Positions 9,857 to 19,284 of a stretch of DNA of 64,000 bases are shown here, one piece after another. Where the stretch lies: the NCBI GenBank assembly GCA_041483895.1, contig JBGPGO010000003.1, forward strand, positions 64,001 through 128,000, read 5' to 3'. The position numbers and the translations under genes are program-made. Origin of the DNA: Fimbriimonadia bacterium (GTDB lineage Bacteria > Armatimonadota > Fimbriimonadia > Fimbriimonadales > JABRVX01). A model generated the notes under the pieces. That model ran no database searches, was not told the origin of the DNA, and was given only the letters and a program-made list of their open reading frames with translations. The first letter of the stretch is position 1, and each line of letters begins with the position of its first letter.

Positions 9857-10861
9857 ATGAAGCCGTTTTGGATTGGTTCCGTGCTCGTGGACCCTCCTGT
9901 GGTTCTGGCCCCGATGGAGGATGTAACCAACATTGCCTTCCGGCTCCTGGCGAAGGAGATCGGAGGGCCCGGCCTCATGTTCACGGAGTTCATCAGCGCC
10001 AACGCGATCCACTATGGGGCGGACAAGAGCCGGCGGAAGATGACGGTGGATGAGCGCGAGCGGCCGCTCGGGATCCAGATTTTTGGGTCCGATCCGGCGA
10101 TCATGGCGGAGACGGCGCGTATCGCGGAGGATATGGGAGCCGATCTCGTGGATATCAACATGGGCTGCTGGGTCCCGAAGGTGGTTCGTTTGGGCAGCGG
10201 CGCGGCTCTGTTGAAAGAGCCGGACGCGGCGGCGGCGGTCGTTGAGGCGGTCGCCGGCGCGGTCAAAATCCCGGTCACGGTCAAGCTTCGAGCGGGATGG
10301 GACCATTCCCAACTCGCGGCTCCCGAACTTGCCCCCCGATTCGAATCCGCCGGCGCCCAGGCCATTACTCTGCATGCCCGCACCGCGCGTCAAGGGATGG
10401 GAGGGGCGGCCGATTGGAATCTGATCGCCGACATCAAAACGCGGGTCAAGGTGCCGGTCATGGGCAATGGAGATATACGCGCGCCGGAAGATGCGGAGCG
10501 GATGCTGCTCGAAACCGGCTGCGACGGGGTGATGATCGGCAGAGCGGCGGTGTCGAACCCGTGGTTCCTCCGAAGCGTTGCGGCCTATCTTGGCGGGGAG
10601 CCCCTGCCGCCGGAGCCGACCATGGAAGAGCGGCGAAACGTGGCTCTTCGCCATGTCCGCGCGCATGTGGAATTCTTGGGCGACGAGAGGCGGGCGGTAT
10701 CCAGTCTGCGAGGGCAATTGACCGGATATTTGAAGGGTTTCGAACGCGCTGCGGCGTATCGGGAGCGGCTTTGCCGGGCGTCGAGCATCGCGGAAGTCGA
10801 TGCAATTTTGTGGGAGGCGGGCCAAAAGTCCCACGGGCAAAATCTGGCCGCAAAATTCTGA
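9857..10861 (+). CDS. dusB: tRNA-dihydrouridine synthase DusB
   Basis: LAPMEDVT, QIFGSDP, DINMGCWVPKV, GSGAALLK, NGDI, GVMIGRAA. Start placed 7 nt after TAAAAT; alternative ATG at 9848. Confidence 0.93.
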   Translation: MKPFWIGSVLVDPPVVLAPMEDVTNIAFRLLAKEIGGPGLMFTEFISANAIHYGADKSRRKMTVDERERPLGIQIFGSDPAIMAETARIAEDMGADLVDINMGCWVPKVVRLGSGAALLKEPDAAAAVVEAVAGAVKIPVTVKLRAGWDHSQLAAPELAPRFESAGAQAITLHARTARQGMGGAADWNLIADIKTRVKVPVMGNGDIRAPEDAERMLLETGCDGVMIGRAAVSNPWFLRSVAAYLGGEPLPPEPTMEERRNVALRHVRAHVEFLGDERRAVSSLRGQLTGYLKGFERAAAYRERLCRASSIAEVDAILWEAGQKSHGQNLAAKF

Positions 10862-10998
10862 ACCAAAGAACGGAATTGGTCGTCTAAAGCTGTGAGACAA
10901 AAAGACAGTACCTACACCCACACCCGTAACAAATGCTCCGAACCGAGACGGTCACGGAGTTCCCAAGCGGGCGGTCCGGTCCCCGGATCGCCCGCTTT

Positions 10999-11907
10999 TC
11001 ATTCCCCGTCGTGATGGATTTTCTGATGCAGCAGTTCGGCTTCGTAGGGCTCGAAATGAATTGTGATTTGCAGGTCGGGAAACGCTTCCCGGGCGCGCTC
11101 TTCCAACGCCTCCGTAATCTGGTGTGCCTCAATCAGGGTAAGGCTGTCCGGCAACTGCACATGGACATCGACGTGCCGCTCTCGGCCACCCCTCCTCGTG
11201 CGAAGTTTGTGATAGCTGCGAACCGCTGGGTGGGAAGCCAGAATTTCCCGAATTTTCGCCTCCTCATTGCTGGGCAGCGACGCGTCCATGAGCGGCTGCA
11301 CCGATTCTCTCACCAAGTGCCAGGATGTTCGGATAATCAATATCGAAACGGCGAAAGCCGCTATCGAATCGAATATCGCGGAACCGGTCTGGCGGACCAA
11401 GAAGAGGCCGGCGAGCACGCCAAGCGATGTCCAAACGTCTGACAGAAGGTGGTATCCGTCGGCCTTGAGCGCGGGGGATTCGGTCCGTTTGGCGGTTCTG
11501 AGCAGGTAGGTCGAGAGGATCACGTTGACACCCGCCGACACCAACATGAGCACGATTGCCGGGCCGACTTGCAGTTCATGTCGGCGGATGAGCGCTGCAA
11601 CGGCCTCGACGATGACGACAATCGCTCCGGCGAAGATCAGAATTCCTTGCACGAGCGCGGAGAGGTTTTCGGCTTTTCCATGACCATACGGATGATCCAC
11701 ATCGGCCGGCGCTTCGGCGGTACGTATGGCGAAATAGGCAAGAAGGCTCGCCACGAGGTCGGACGCCGAGTGGATCGCCTCCGACATGACGCTGACCGTG
11801 TGCGTAAGCAGGCCGATCACCAGCTTCGCAAGGGTGAGAAAGCTGTTGGATGCGATCGACATCTGAGCAGCGCGCAGCTTGGCTCGTTTTGAATCCGTCG
11901 GGATCAC
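10999..11907 (-). CDS. Cation diffusion facilitator (FieF-like) transporter
   Basis: SEAIHSASD, DHPYGHGKAE, ADGYHLLSD, HKLRTR, ITIHFEP. Confidence 0.93.
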   Translation of the reverse strand: MIPTDSKRAKLRAAQMSIASNSFLTLAKLVIGLLTHTVSVMSEAIHSASDLVASLLAYFAIRTAEAPADVDHPYGHGKAENLSALVQGILIFAGAIVVIVEAVAALIRRHELQVGPAIVLMLVSAGVNVILSTYLLRTAKRTESPALKADGYHLLSDVWTSLGVLAGLFLVRQTGSAIFDSIAAFAVSILIIRTSWHLVRESVQPLMDASLPSNEEAKIREILASHPAVRSYHKLRTRRGGRERHVDVHVQLPDSLTLIEAHQITEALEERAREAFPDLQITIHFEPYEAELLHQKIHHDGE

Positions 11908-12017
11908 GTAGCGATTATGGGCATCCTAGCCGCACGATACGGATCGAAACGGAGCATAGCCCTAGAAATTTCTCTGGGCTCTGAGGCTGGAAAGTTAAGA
12001 AAATGGTTCAAATTAAC

Positions 12018-12046
12018 TCGCCATCCGAGGAAAGTTGCGGTATTAT
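12018..12046 (+). promoter_or_regulatory. Putative sigma70 promoter of the candidate ncRNA
   Basis: TCGCCA-17 nt-TATTAT. Confidence 0.55.
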
Positions 12047-12052
12047 GAGACG

Positions 12053-12471
12053 AGAAAGCGGTGTACCCGGCGAAAGTCGCTGGTTGCCGCATAGTTGCTT
12101 TGTTCTCTCGAAGGAGAGCTTATTGTGTGCATTGGATGGGGAGCCTTTCCCCCTGGGGGTAAGGTGCAACGCTTAGAAGCTTATCTTTTCGGTATTGCTT
12201 TTAGGAACGCAGGCCGCTACCGGATGGCTTGGAACGGTCGAACTCGTCCCCCGCATCGATTTCTCCCTTCTTGCTGTTGTCAACTCTGGCTATTGTTGCG
12301 CGCTATGCGCATCGCGGACTCCCGCACGAGCAGCAGATTGACGTGGTTGGCCGATCGCCGGGGGGCGCCTTCTGCCCAAACCCAACGACCGGTCGAATTC
12401 ACGCGATTTTCGCTTGGTCAGAGTGAAACATGGGGCGGAGGCCCCACCAGGTGCCTCCGCCCAACTTTTTT
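12053..12471 (+). ncRNA. Candidate structured non-coding RNA, family unassigned
   Basis: Long intergenic gap bounded by a promoter and a terminator, with many hairpins and long-range helices and no convincing ORF. Confidence 0.5.
12433..12471 (+). terminator. Intrinsic terminator (may also serve convergent pepF)
   Basis: GGGCGGAGGC / GCCTCCGCCC stem followed by AACTTTTTT. Confidence 0.8.
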
Positions 12472-12493
12472 CCACTGATTTTGTGACCGCGAC

Positions 12494-14293
12494 TTACGCT
12501 TTGTATTCGCTCCAGAGCTTCTCGAATTCCTCGACCCGGCTATGCAAAGCCTTGAATCCGCCACGCCAGAAGTCCGCGGACCGAATGTCGATGCCAACAG
12601 TCGACATCAGCTCGTGGGGCGATCGGCTGCCGCCGGCACGCAGTAGGTCCAGATATTTGTCCGCAAAGCCAGGGCCCTGGTCCCGAGCCATCTGATAGAG
12701 GGACAGCACAAGCAGCTCCCCAAACGAGTACGCGTACACGTAGAACGGGCTGAAGATGAAATGCGGAACGTACGACCACCAGGATCGGTGCTCCTCGCCC
12801 AGCTTCACAGCCGAGCCGAACATGGCCTGTTGACGCTTGTGCCAATACTCACCCAACTCGCCGGCCTTCAATTCGCCCTTCGACCGTCGATGATTGTGTG
12901 CGTCCTGCTCGAACCGGTACATCGCCGCCTGCCGGAAGATGGTCGCGAACGACCCCTCGATGTTCTCGGCGTACATCGCCAGGCGATCCTTCAGCGATGC
13001 CTTCTCCTGCAACGCATCGAATACCAGCATCTCGCCGAAGGTGCTGGCAAGCTCCGCCAATGGAAGCGTGCTGTGAAAGTTCAGGTAGGTTTGGGTGCGG
13101 GACAGGGAACCGTGAACTCCGTGGCCCAATTCGTGCGCCAGGGTCAGGACGCCATCCATTTTGCCAAGGTAGTTCATGAAGACGTAGGGATGGAGATCGG
13201 TCGTGATGGAGGTGCAGTAGGCGCCGCCCATCTTTCCGGGACGCGGCTCGGCGTCGATCCATTCCTTGTCGAAAAACTCCAGCGCTGCATTGCGGAGATC
13301 GGGGGAGAAGCGGCCAAAGCTGTCCAATACCATCTCTTTCGCGGATTCCCAGCCTACCGAACCCTCCGTTTCGAAGAGCGGAGCGTATCGGTCGTAGTGG
13401 GTGAGTTCGGACAGGCCTAGGATATCGCGCTTAAGATGGTAATAGCGTTCACAGATCGGATGGTTCTCTTCGCAGAGCTTCATCACCATCTCGACGGTCT
13501 CTTCTTCCAATTCATTCGCGATATGTCGGGACTGTTGCGGTTCTCTTAGGCCGCGCAGGCGGTCGTTCGTGGCTTTGTCTAGTAGGAGCGTATTGAACGT
13601 GAGGACCAGTACTCGCTCCAGCTCGGCCAGCCCCTTGGTCAGGGTGGTGGCGGCGGCGCGGCGTAGATCGCGGTCTGGCTCCCGCAGTTTGTCCAGCAGC
13701 TCAGGCTCCGTGAGATCTTCCACCTCACCGTTGAACTCCAGCTTGAAGACGTGGTTCGAGACGATATCGGAGAACAGGCGGCCGAATGCCCGGCAGCCAG
13801 TGGTCCTCATCTCCTCGACGATGCGCTCTTCGGGTTCGGTGAGCGTGAAGTCTTTGTAGGCTCGCGCCGCGATGACATAGTGGCGGTAGTTCTCCAGCAT
13901 CGGATTGGAGAGCAGCCGCTGCATGACGCCATCATCGAGTTTCAATAGCTCGAGTGCGAAGAAGATCGTATGGATGCCGATGGACGTGCATCGCTCCTCG
14001 ATTTTCTGCATGAACGCGCCAATGTCAGGATCGCTCGTGTCGGCGGAAAAGACCATGTGTGCGTAGGACTGTGGCTTAGCGCCCTCCTCGTCCAGCGCTT
14101 CGTATTCCTGGATCGCGGTAAGCAAAGTATCGGCGGTCACGTCGGGCGTATTGATTTTGCCTTTGAATCGATTCGAAAAGGCCTTTGCCTTGGCCTCCAA
14201 TGAGTCCAAATGTTGGTCGATTCGTGGATCGGCGATGGAACTGTAAAGATCGGACAGGACCCACTTTGGGGCGGTCGGTACGGCGGTCGTCAT
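12494..14293 (-). CDS. pepF: M3 family oligoendopeptidase F
   Basis: WVLSDLY, GKMGGAYC, TLAHELGHGVH, AELASTFGE, PHF..FYVYAY; AAGGAG SD before ATG 14293. Confidence 0.93.
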   Translation of the reverse strand: MTTAVPTAPKWVLSDLYSSIADPRIDQHLDSLEAKAKAFSNRFKGKINTPDVTADTLLTAIQEYEALDEEGAKPQSYAHMVFSADTSDPDIGAFMQKIEERCTSIGIHTIFFALELLKLDDGVMQRLLSNPMLENYRHYVIAARAYKDFTLTEPEERIVEEMRTTGCRAFGRLFSDIVSNHVFKLEFNGEVEDLTEPELLDKLREPDRDLRRAAATTLTKGLAELERVLVLTFNTLLLDKATNDRLRGLREPQQSRHIANELEEETVEMVMKLCEENHPICERYYHLKRDILGLSELTHYDRYAPLFETEGSVGWESAKEMVLDSFGRFSPDLRNAALEFFDKEWIDAEPRPGKMGGAYCTSITTDLHPYVFMNYLGKMDGVLTLAHELGHGVHGSLSRTQTYLNFHSTLPLAELASTFGEMLVFDALQEKASLKDRLAMYAENIEGSFATIFRQAAMYRFEQDAHNHRRSKGELKAGELGEYWHKRQQAMFGSAVKLGEEHRSWWSYVPHFIFSPFYVYAYSFGELLVLSLYQMARDQGPGFADKYLDLLRAGGSRSPHELMSTVGIDIRSADFWRGGFKALHSRVEEFEKLWSEYKA

Positions 14294-14450
14294 GCGCAGG
14301 TCTCCTTGAGCGGCAAGTGTATGGCGTAGGTATACCGCAATCATCGGTTCGATTGTCCAGGGGCCCACGTACTCCCTCCCCCGGCTGGCGGCTGTGGAAA
14401 ACGTAGGCTTGTGAGGCAGGACAGTCGGTTGTCAACCAGAATCGTAATCC

Positions 14451-16064
14451 ATGCGCCGTACCATAACAATCGTTTCGCTGCTTGTTGCCACGTTCGCGAC
14501 CGCCCAGGAAGACCGCGGCGTGCTCGGAAGCCTCGCCAAGCCGATGGATGGCCGAAGCATGCGCGCCACCTCGACCATGCGCGAAGGGCCGGATGGGAAG
14601 TATGATTCCAAAGCCTTCCCCAAGGGGGATCTGGAAGAGAAAAGCAACTACGACAATTTTCGTGTCGCGCCCGGCCAGACCCATGTGCTGATGGATGTCA
14701 AAGGACCCGGCGTGATTACCCATATATGGCTGACGTTTCTTGGGCCGGAGCCGCAGGGATGGGCCAAGGAGGGTTCGGCAACGCACCAGGATATGCTGCT
14801 GCGAATCTATTGGGATGGGAGCGACAAGCCCGGGGTTGAGGCACCAGTCGGGGATTTTTTTGCGAACTGTTTTGGGATTCGCAGCGAGGTGATCAGTCTG
14901 CCGGTTCTTGTCGAGGATGCCGATTCGTACAACTGTTATTGGCAGATGCCGTTTCGAAAGTCCGCGCGGGTGGAGATCGTCAATCAGGGCACGAAGAATA
15001 TCAATCTTCTCTATTACAATATCGATTGGATCAAGCGGGTTAGCCTGCCGAAAGACACCCCCTATTTTTATGCGCAATATCGGCAGGAGTACCCGGTGGA
15101 GCATAGCAAGGACTACGTGTTACTGGATACCAAGGGCAAGGGGCACTATGTGGGGACGGTGCTGGCGGTGCGCACGCGAAGCCCTTCTTGGTTTGGCGAG
15201 GGGGACGAGAAGATATATATAGATGGCGAGGAACATGCGTCGATTTGGGGGACGGGGACGGAGGACTATTTCCTTTCCGCGTGGGGGCTGAAGAAGACCA
15301 GCACGCCCTATTTTGGGGTGCCCTATTTTGATCAGTGGGGCATCGTCGGCGGGCATACCAGCGCGTACCGATGGCATATCAACGATCCCATTGTGTTTCA
15401 AAAAGGGATCAGAGTGACCATCGAGCACTTCGGTTGGATCTCGTCCGATGAGAACCCGAAGCATCAGACGAATAGTTGGAACGAGCGCCAGGACGACTAT
15501 TCCAGTGTGGCGTTTTGGTATCAGTCGGGGACGCCGACGTTTACCGCACGCGCGCCGTCGGGGGCTGAACGGCGGCTGCCGAATATCGAGCGATTGGTCT
15601 CTTATGCCCGCGATGGTGCGACCCACGGCGTGGGCCCGGCGGAAAACCAGCAGCTTGATCTGTATGATGGTCCGCAGGTCTTGTACCGACCGGCGGCGCA
15701 AGAGGGGGCTTGGCTGGAGGTTCCGTTTGAGGTGAAGAAAAAGGAGCCGCTTCGGTTGCTTCTCGATATGACCAAGTCGTTTGATTTCGGCCGGTATCAG
15801 GCGTATTTGAACGGCATCAAGTTGGGCGGACCCTTCGATTTGTATAGCAAGGATGTTGAGAACGTGGAGGTGCATCTGCTGGACTTCTGGCCGGACCCGG
15901 GGAAGTACACATTGCGGCTGGAATGCGTCGGGAAGAACATCGTCTCGTCCGGCTATTTCCTTGGGATCGAGTCGGTGCGTCTGCGCGAACGCCGCCCGCG
16001 CGTGACGGAGTTTGGTTGGGATAAGGATAAGGATTGGAAGAAAGAGCCGACGTTGTATGAATGA
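14451..16064 (+). CDS. DUF2961 (GH172-like) glycoside hydrolase, exported
   Basis: GPGVITHIWLT, PVGDFF, NCYWQMPF, WFGEGDE, GTGTEDYF, YRWHINDPI, DDYSSVAFWYQ. Confidence 0.9.
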   Translation: MRRTITIVSLLVATFATAQEDRGVLGSLAKPMDGRSMRATSTMREGPDGKYDSKAFPKGDLEEKSNYDNFRVAPGQTHVLMDVKGPGVITHIWLTFLGPEPQGWAKEGSATHQDMLLRIYWDGSDKPGVEAPVGDFFANCFGIRSEVISLPVLVEDADSYNCYWQMPFRKSARVEIVNQGTKNINLLYYNIDWIKRVSLPKDTPYFYAQYRQEYPVEHSKDYVLLDTKGKGHYVGTVLAVRTRSPSWFGEGDEKIYIDGEEHASIWGTGTEDYFLSAWGLKKTSTPYFGVPYFDQWGIVGGHTSAYRWHINDPIVFQKGIRVTIEHFGWISSDENPKHQTNSWNERQDDYSSVAFWYQSGTPTFTARAPSGAERRLPNIERLVSYARDGATHGVGPAENQQLDLYDGPQVLYRPAAQEGAWLEVPFEVKKKEPLRLLLDMTKSFDFGRYQAYLNGIKLGGPFDLYSKDVENVEVHLLDFWPDPGKYTLRLECVGKNIVSSGYFLGIESVRLRERRPRVTEFGWDKDKDWKKEPTLYE

Positions 16065-16557
16065 ACCGGTTGGTTCTCATAATACTGAGATTGATCCTCG
16101 GTTCGCGACCATAATTGCACCCCTACCTGCTCTCTTCTCACGGTTAGTAAATTCCAAACCTGTCAAAGTCGGAAGCGTTCCTAGAAATGCGTCAGATCGC
16201 TGCGTTTACCTCATGAGCGAATCAGGGATCCCACTATATGTCGGAAGAACTCGTAGATTACGCCAGCGGATGCGAAACCATAGTAATGCTTCATCGCAGC
16301 ACAATCAAGCGGTGTTCGCGTTCCGCTTAGCTTGCGAGTCTCTTAGTAAGGGGCCAAGAACATATTCTGGAATTGGTACGAGACGAGCGCTTGCAGAAAA
16401 TCCGGAATTCTCTCGCGTGTTCGGCCTCTCAAAGACTAGAGTTCGTGAAATGGAGCTTCGTTATGTCGAGGTTACTGATCCTTTACATCAAACATTGTTA
16501 GAGATCTATGCTGCGATTGTCTTGCAGACTCCATACAATGATTTTGATACGCACTAA
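16057..16557 (+). CDS. GIY-YIG nuclease family protein
   Basis: CVYLMSESGIPLYVGRTRRLRQRMRNH and LLEIY; AT-richer; start overlaps the upstream stop. Confidence 0.8.
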   Translation: MNEPVGSHNTEIDPRFATIIAPLPALFSRLVNSKPVKVGSVPRNASDRCVYLMSESGIPLYVGRTRRLRQRMRNHSNASSQHNQAVFAFRLACESLSKGPRTYSGIGTRRALAENPEFSRVFGLSKTRVREMELRYVEVTDPLHQTLLEIYAAIVLQTPYNDFDTH

Positions 16558-17237
16558 GTATCGGTTTCTTGGACAATTCTGAGGCCACCGGAGAATCGAA
16601 AAGCGGTGGCACATGTCTTGTCAATCAATAGGCGCAATCCATTCGTTACTTCCCCAAGCTCGATCAGGAACTGTTTGAAGTCCTCAGTTGAGTCGAAGAT
16701 TGAATGTACCGCTGCTTGCCAAGGTAGAATCCAACGTATCTCCTGCGACTCGTTTCCTTCGATCCGAAGTCCGCGACAAATCGGATCCGGGGCTATTTGA
16801 TTGGATTTGATGTTCGATAGACCGTCAGCAAATGTGCGAACGTCCCAGTGGGCCCCCAACCGATCGCGGATTCGCTTTAGGGTTCCGTACCAGTCGGCGG
16901 TCTCATAATTGTCAAATTTTGACCATTCGACATCTAGTTCCGGTTCTGCAATTCGTAGCTTTCTAAACCATGCCACATACCCTTGCTTCTTGGAATCAGA
17001 AGCACTCTCGCCCATCGTAAAACCTTGAATAGCGGCTGGGAATAACTCCGCCAATAAGGACGTGTTCATCACGAATCTAGGAATGTGGGAGGCATCTATC
17101 CGGGCCTCCGTTACAATCAGTATGCTTTCCATTAGGGCATCTGACATGGCTGCTAGCCGGAGTGCGAAGATAAATTCATCCGTTTGCGTATCGCCATCCC
17201 ATTCTGTTCGATAGGTCTCGTGATCACTCATGCTCAT
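16554..17237 (-). CDS. Hypothetical protein with a HEPN-like Rx4-6H motif
   Basis: Likely start MSMSDHE; LKRIRDRLGAHWD in a helical-looking protein; AT-richer. Confidence 0.6.
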   Translation of the reverse strand: MSMSDHETYRTEWDGDTQTDEFIFALRLAAMSDALMESILIVTEARIDASHIPRFVMNTSLLAELFPAAIQGFTMGESASDSKKQGYVAWFRKLRIAEPELDVEWSKFDNYETADWYGTLKRIRDRLGAHWDVRTFADGLSNIKSNQIAPDPICRGLRIEGNESQEIRWILPWQAAVHSIFDSTEDFKQFLIELGEVTNGLRLLIDKTCATAFRFSGGLRIVQETDT

Positions 17238-17373
17238 TGGTCGGCAGGTGTGGGTGCCGATGCCGCCATGCTGGCTAAACGGCGATGTAGGCGTCCTACT
17301 TGCCTGTGACCCCACTTGCTCATCAACAGAATACCTGCCCTTGAGAATCGTGTCTCGGAGAAGACGAATTACC

Positions 17374-19185
17374 CTACGTGGCGACCGGCGACTCGAACTG
17401 CGCCTCGTACAGCCGCGCGTACGCTCCGCTTTGCCGCAACAGTTCTGAGTGCGTGCCCCGCTCGACGATCCGGCCCTTGTCCAGAACAAGAATGAGGTCC
17501 GCAAGCAAAATAGTGGAGAGCCGGTGCGCGATGGCAAAAGTGGTGCGACCGACCATCAGCTTGCCCAACGCCGCCTGGATCAGCTTTTCCGAATGGGTGT
17601 CGAGCGCCGAAGTTGCCTCGTCCAAAATCAATATTCGCGGGTCCTTCAGAATGGCCCGCGCGATAGCCACTCTCTGCTTTTCCCCGCCGGACAGCTTGTA
17701 TCCCCTTTCGCCGACGATCGTATCGTAACCGTCTGGCAACGACGCAATGTGATCGTGGATCGCCGCGGCCTTCGCCGCGGCGAATAGTTCCTCATCGGTC
17801 GCGTCGGCCTTGCCATATTTCAGGTTTTCCCGCACCGTGTCATGGACCAGATAGGTCTCCTGAGTCACCACGCCGATCATTTCCGCCAACGACGCCAACT
17901 TGATCTCGCGCACATCATGGCCGTCTATCTTCACGCGTCCGGAGTCAACGTCGTACAGCCTTGGGATCAGATATGTGAGGGTTGTTTTGCCGGCGCCCGA
18001 ATAGCCGACCAACGCGACCAGTCGGCCCGCCTTCGCATCGAAGCTGATGTCCGCAAGCGTCGGCTCCTCTTGCTCCGGGCTGTATCGGAACATCACATCT
18101 TCAAACGAAACCTCACCTCGGATTTCGTGCGGATCGAGGGCGACGGCGTTCGGAGAATCCATAATCTCCTGCCTTAAGTCTAGGTATTCGAAGATGCGAT
18201 CGAAAAGGGCGAGACCGCTCATCACCTCGACCTGAACATTCAGCAGCGCGGTCAGCGGGAAGAACAACCGCGATTGCAAAGAGGCGAATGCGACGATGGT
18301 GCCGATGCTCAAGCCGTGATCGCCTTTGATTACGACGATGTATCCCGCCAGCCAGTAGACCAGCACGGGCGTTACCGAAAAGGTCAGTCCGATCAGGGTC
18401 ATAAACGCCCGAATGATGACCGCCATCTGGATCTGGGATCGGGTGAGAGCCTCGTTCTCCTTTTCGAAATGGCGCAAAGCCACCTCGTTCCGGCCAGTGA
18501 TTTTGGTAAGCAGCACGCCGGACACCGACAGCGTTTCCTGCATCGTGGCGTTGAGATCGGCGAGCTGACTCTGCACCCTTTCGCGCACCTTTCGCGCATA
18601 GGCCCCGACTTTGGAACCCAGCCCAGCGAAGATGGGAACCACGCCGACGGACAGGAGCGTCAGCCGCCAGTCGAGATAGAACATGGCAACCAGGGTTGAT
18701 AGAACTATGGTCACGTTGGAGAGAATGTTGGCCGCGGTGTCGCTGACCACCGACTGCACGCCGCCCACATCACTGACCAGCCGCGACTGAATCTCGCCAG
18801 TGCGGGTGTTGGTGAAAAAACGCAGCGACATGCCCTGAAGGTGATCGTAGAGACGGTTTCGCAGGTCCCGCATGATGCGCTGGCCGACGATGGTGCTCAG
18901 ATAGCCATAACCCTGATTGAGCGCCGTGCTTCCGAGGGTGGTGGCCAGGGTCAGAAGCGAAAACTCCACCACGGTGCCAAAGTCGTTGCCGATGAGACCT
19001 TGATTGACGATGGTTCTCAGATAGAACGGCGGGAGAAGGCCTAGCCCCGCCGAGGCAAGAACGGCAATAGCGGTCCAGATGACGTTTTTGAGGTATGGCC
19101 TAAAGAGGCGGACGATGCGCCGGATGGTCTTGCGTTCGATCGGTCGGGAAGCCTCGGGTCCCATCCCGCGCATGATCATGGCCAT
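17374..19185 (-). CDS. ABC exporter, fused permease and ATPase (MdlB/MsbA-like)
   Basis: TM domain followed by GYSGAGKTT, LSGGEKQR, ILDEATSALD, IAHRLST. Confidence 0.95.
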   Translation of the reverse strand: MAMIMRGMGPEASRPIERKTIRRIVRLFRPYLKNVIWTAIAVLASAGLGLLPPFYLRTIVNQGLIGNDFGTVVEFSLLTLATTLGSTALNQGYGYLSTIVGQRIMRDLRNRLYDHLQGMSLRFFTNTRTGEIQSRLVSDVGGVQSVVSDTAANILSNVTIVLSTLVAMFYLDWRLTLLSVGVVPIFAGLGSKVGAYARKVRERVQSQLADLNATMQETLSVSGVLLTKITGRNEVALRHFEKENEALTRSQIQMAVIIRAFMTLIGLTFSVTPVLVYWLAGYIVVIKGDHGLSIGTIVAFASLQSRLFFPLTALLNVQVEVMSGLALFDRIFEYLDLRQEIMDSPNAVALDPHEIRGEVSFEDVMFRYSPEQEEPTLADISFDAKAGRLVALVGYSGAGKTTLTYLIPRLYDVDSGRVKIDGHDVREIKLASLAEMIGVVTQETYLVHDTVRENLKYGKADATDEELFAAAKAAAIHDHIASLPDGYDTIVGERGYKLSGGEKQRVAIARAILKDPRILILDEATSALDTHSEKLIQAALGKLMVGRTTFAIAHRLSTILLADLILVLDKGRIVERGTHSELLRQSGAYARLYEAQFESPVAT

Positions 19186-19236
19186 GCCGCATTTTATCCT
19201 GGTTTACCGCTGCAATCGTCCGGTTGGCCCAAAAGG

Positions 19237-19269
19237 CTATCCCTTGACAATGCGATCGTCAAGGGATAG
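19237..19269. repeat. Dispersed palindrome family, copy 2
   Basis: CTATCCCTTGACAAT-GCG-ATCGTCAAGGGATAG. Confidence 0.8.
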
Positions 19270-19284
19270 GATGTGGGGAAGCAG

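Noticed and set aside
12027..12471. RNase P RNA, tmRNA or SRP identity for the candidate ncRNA
   Set aside because: GAGGAAAGT is not followed by CC and lies in the promoter spacer; CCACCA sits in the terminator loop with no T-arm; no SRP core motif is visible.
12095..12478. 127-aa and 65-aa ORFs in the gap
   Set aside because: The sequences do not look protein-like; the longer ORF reads through the terminator.
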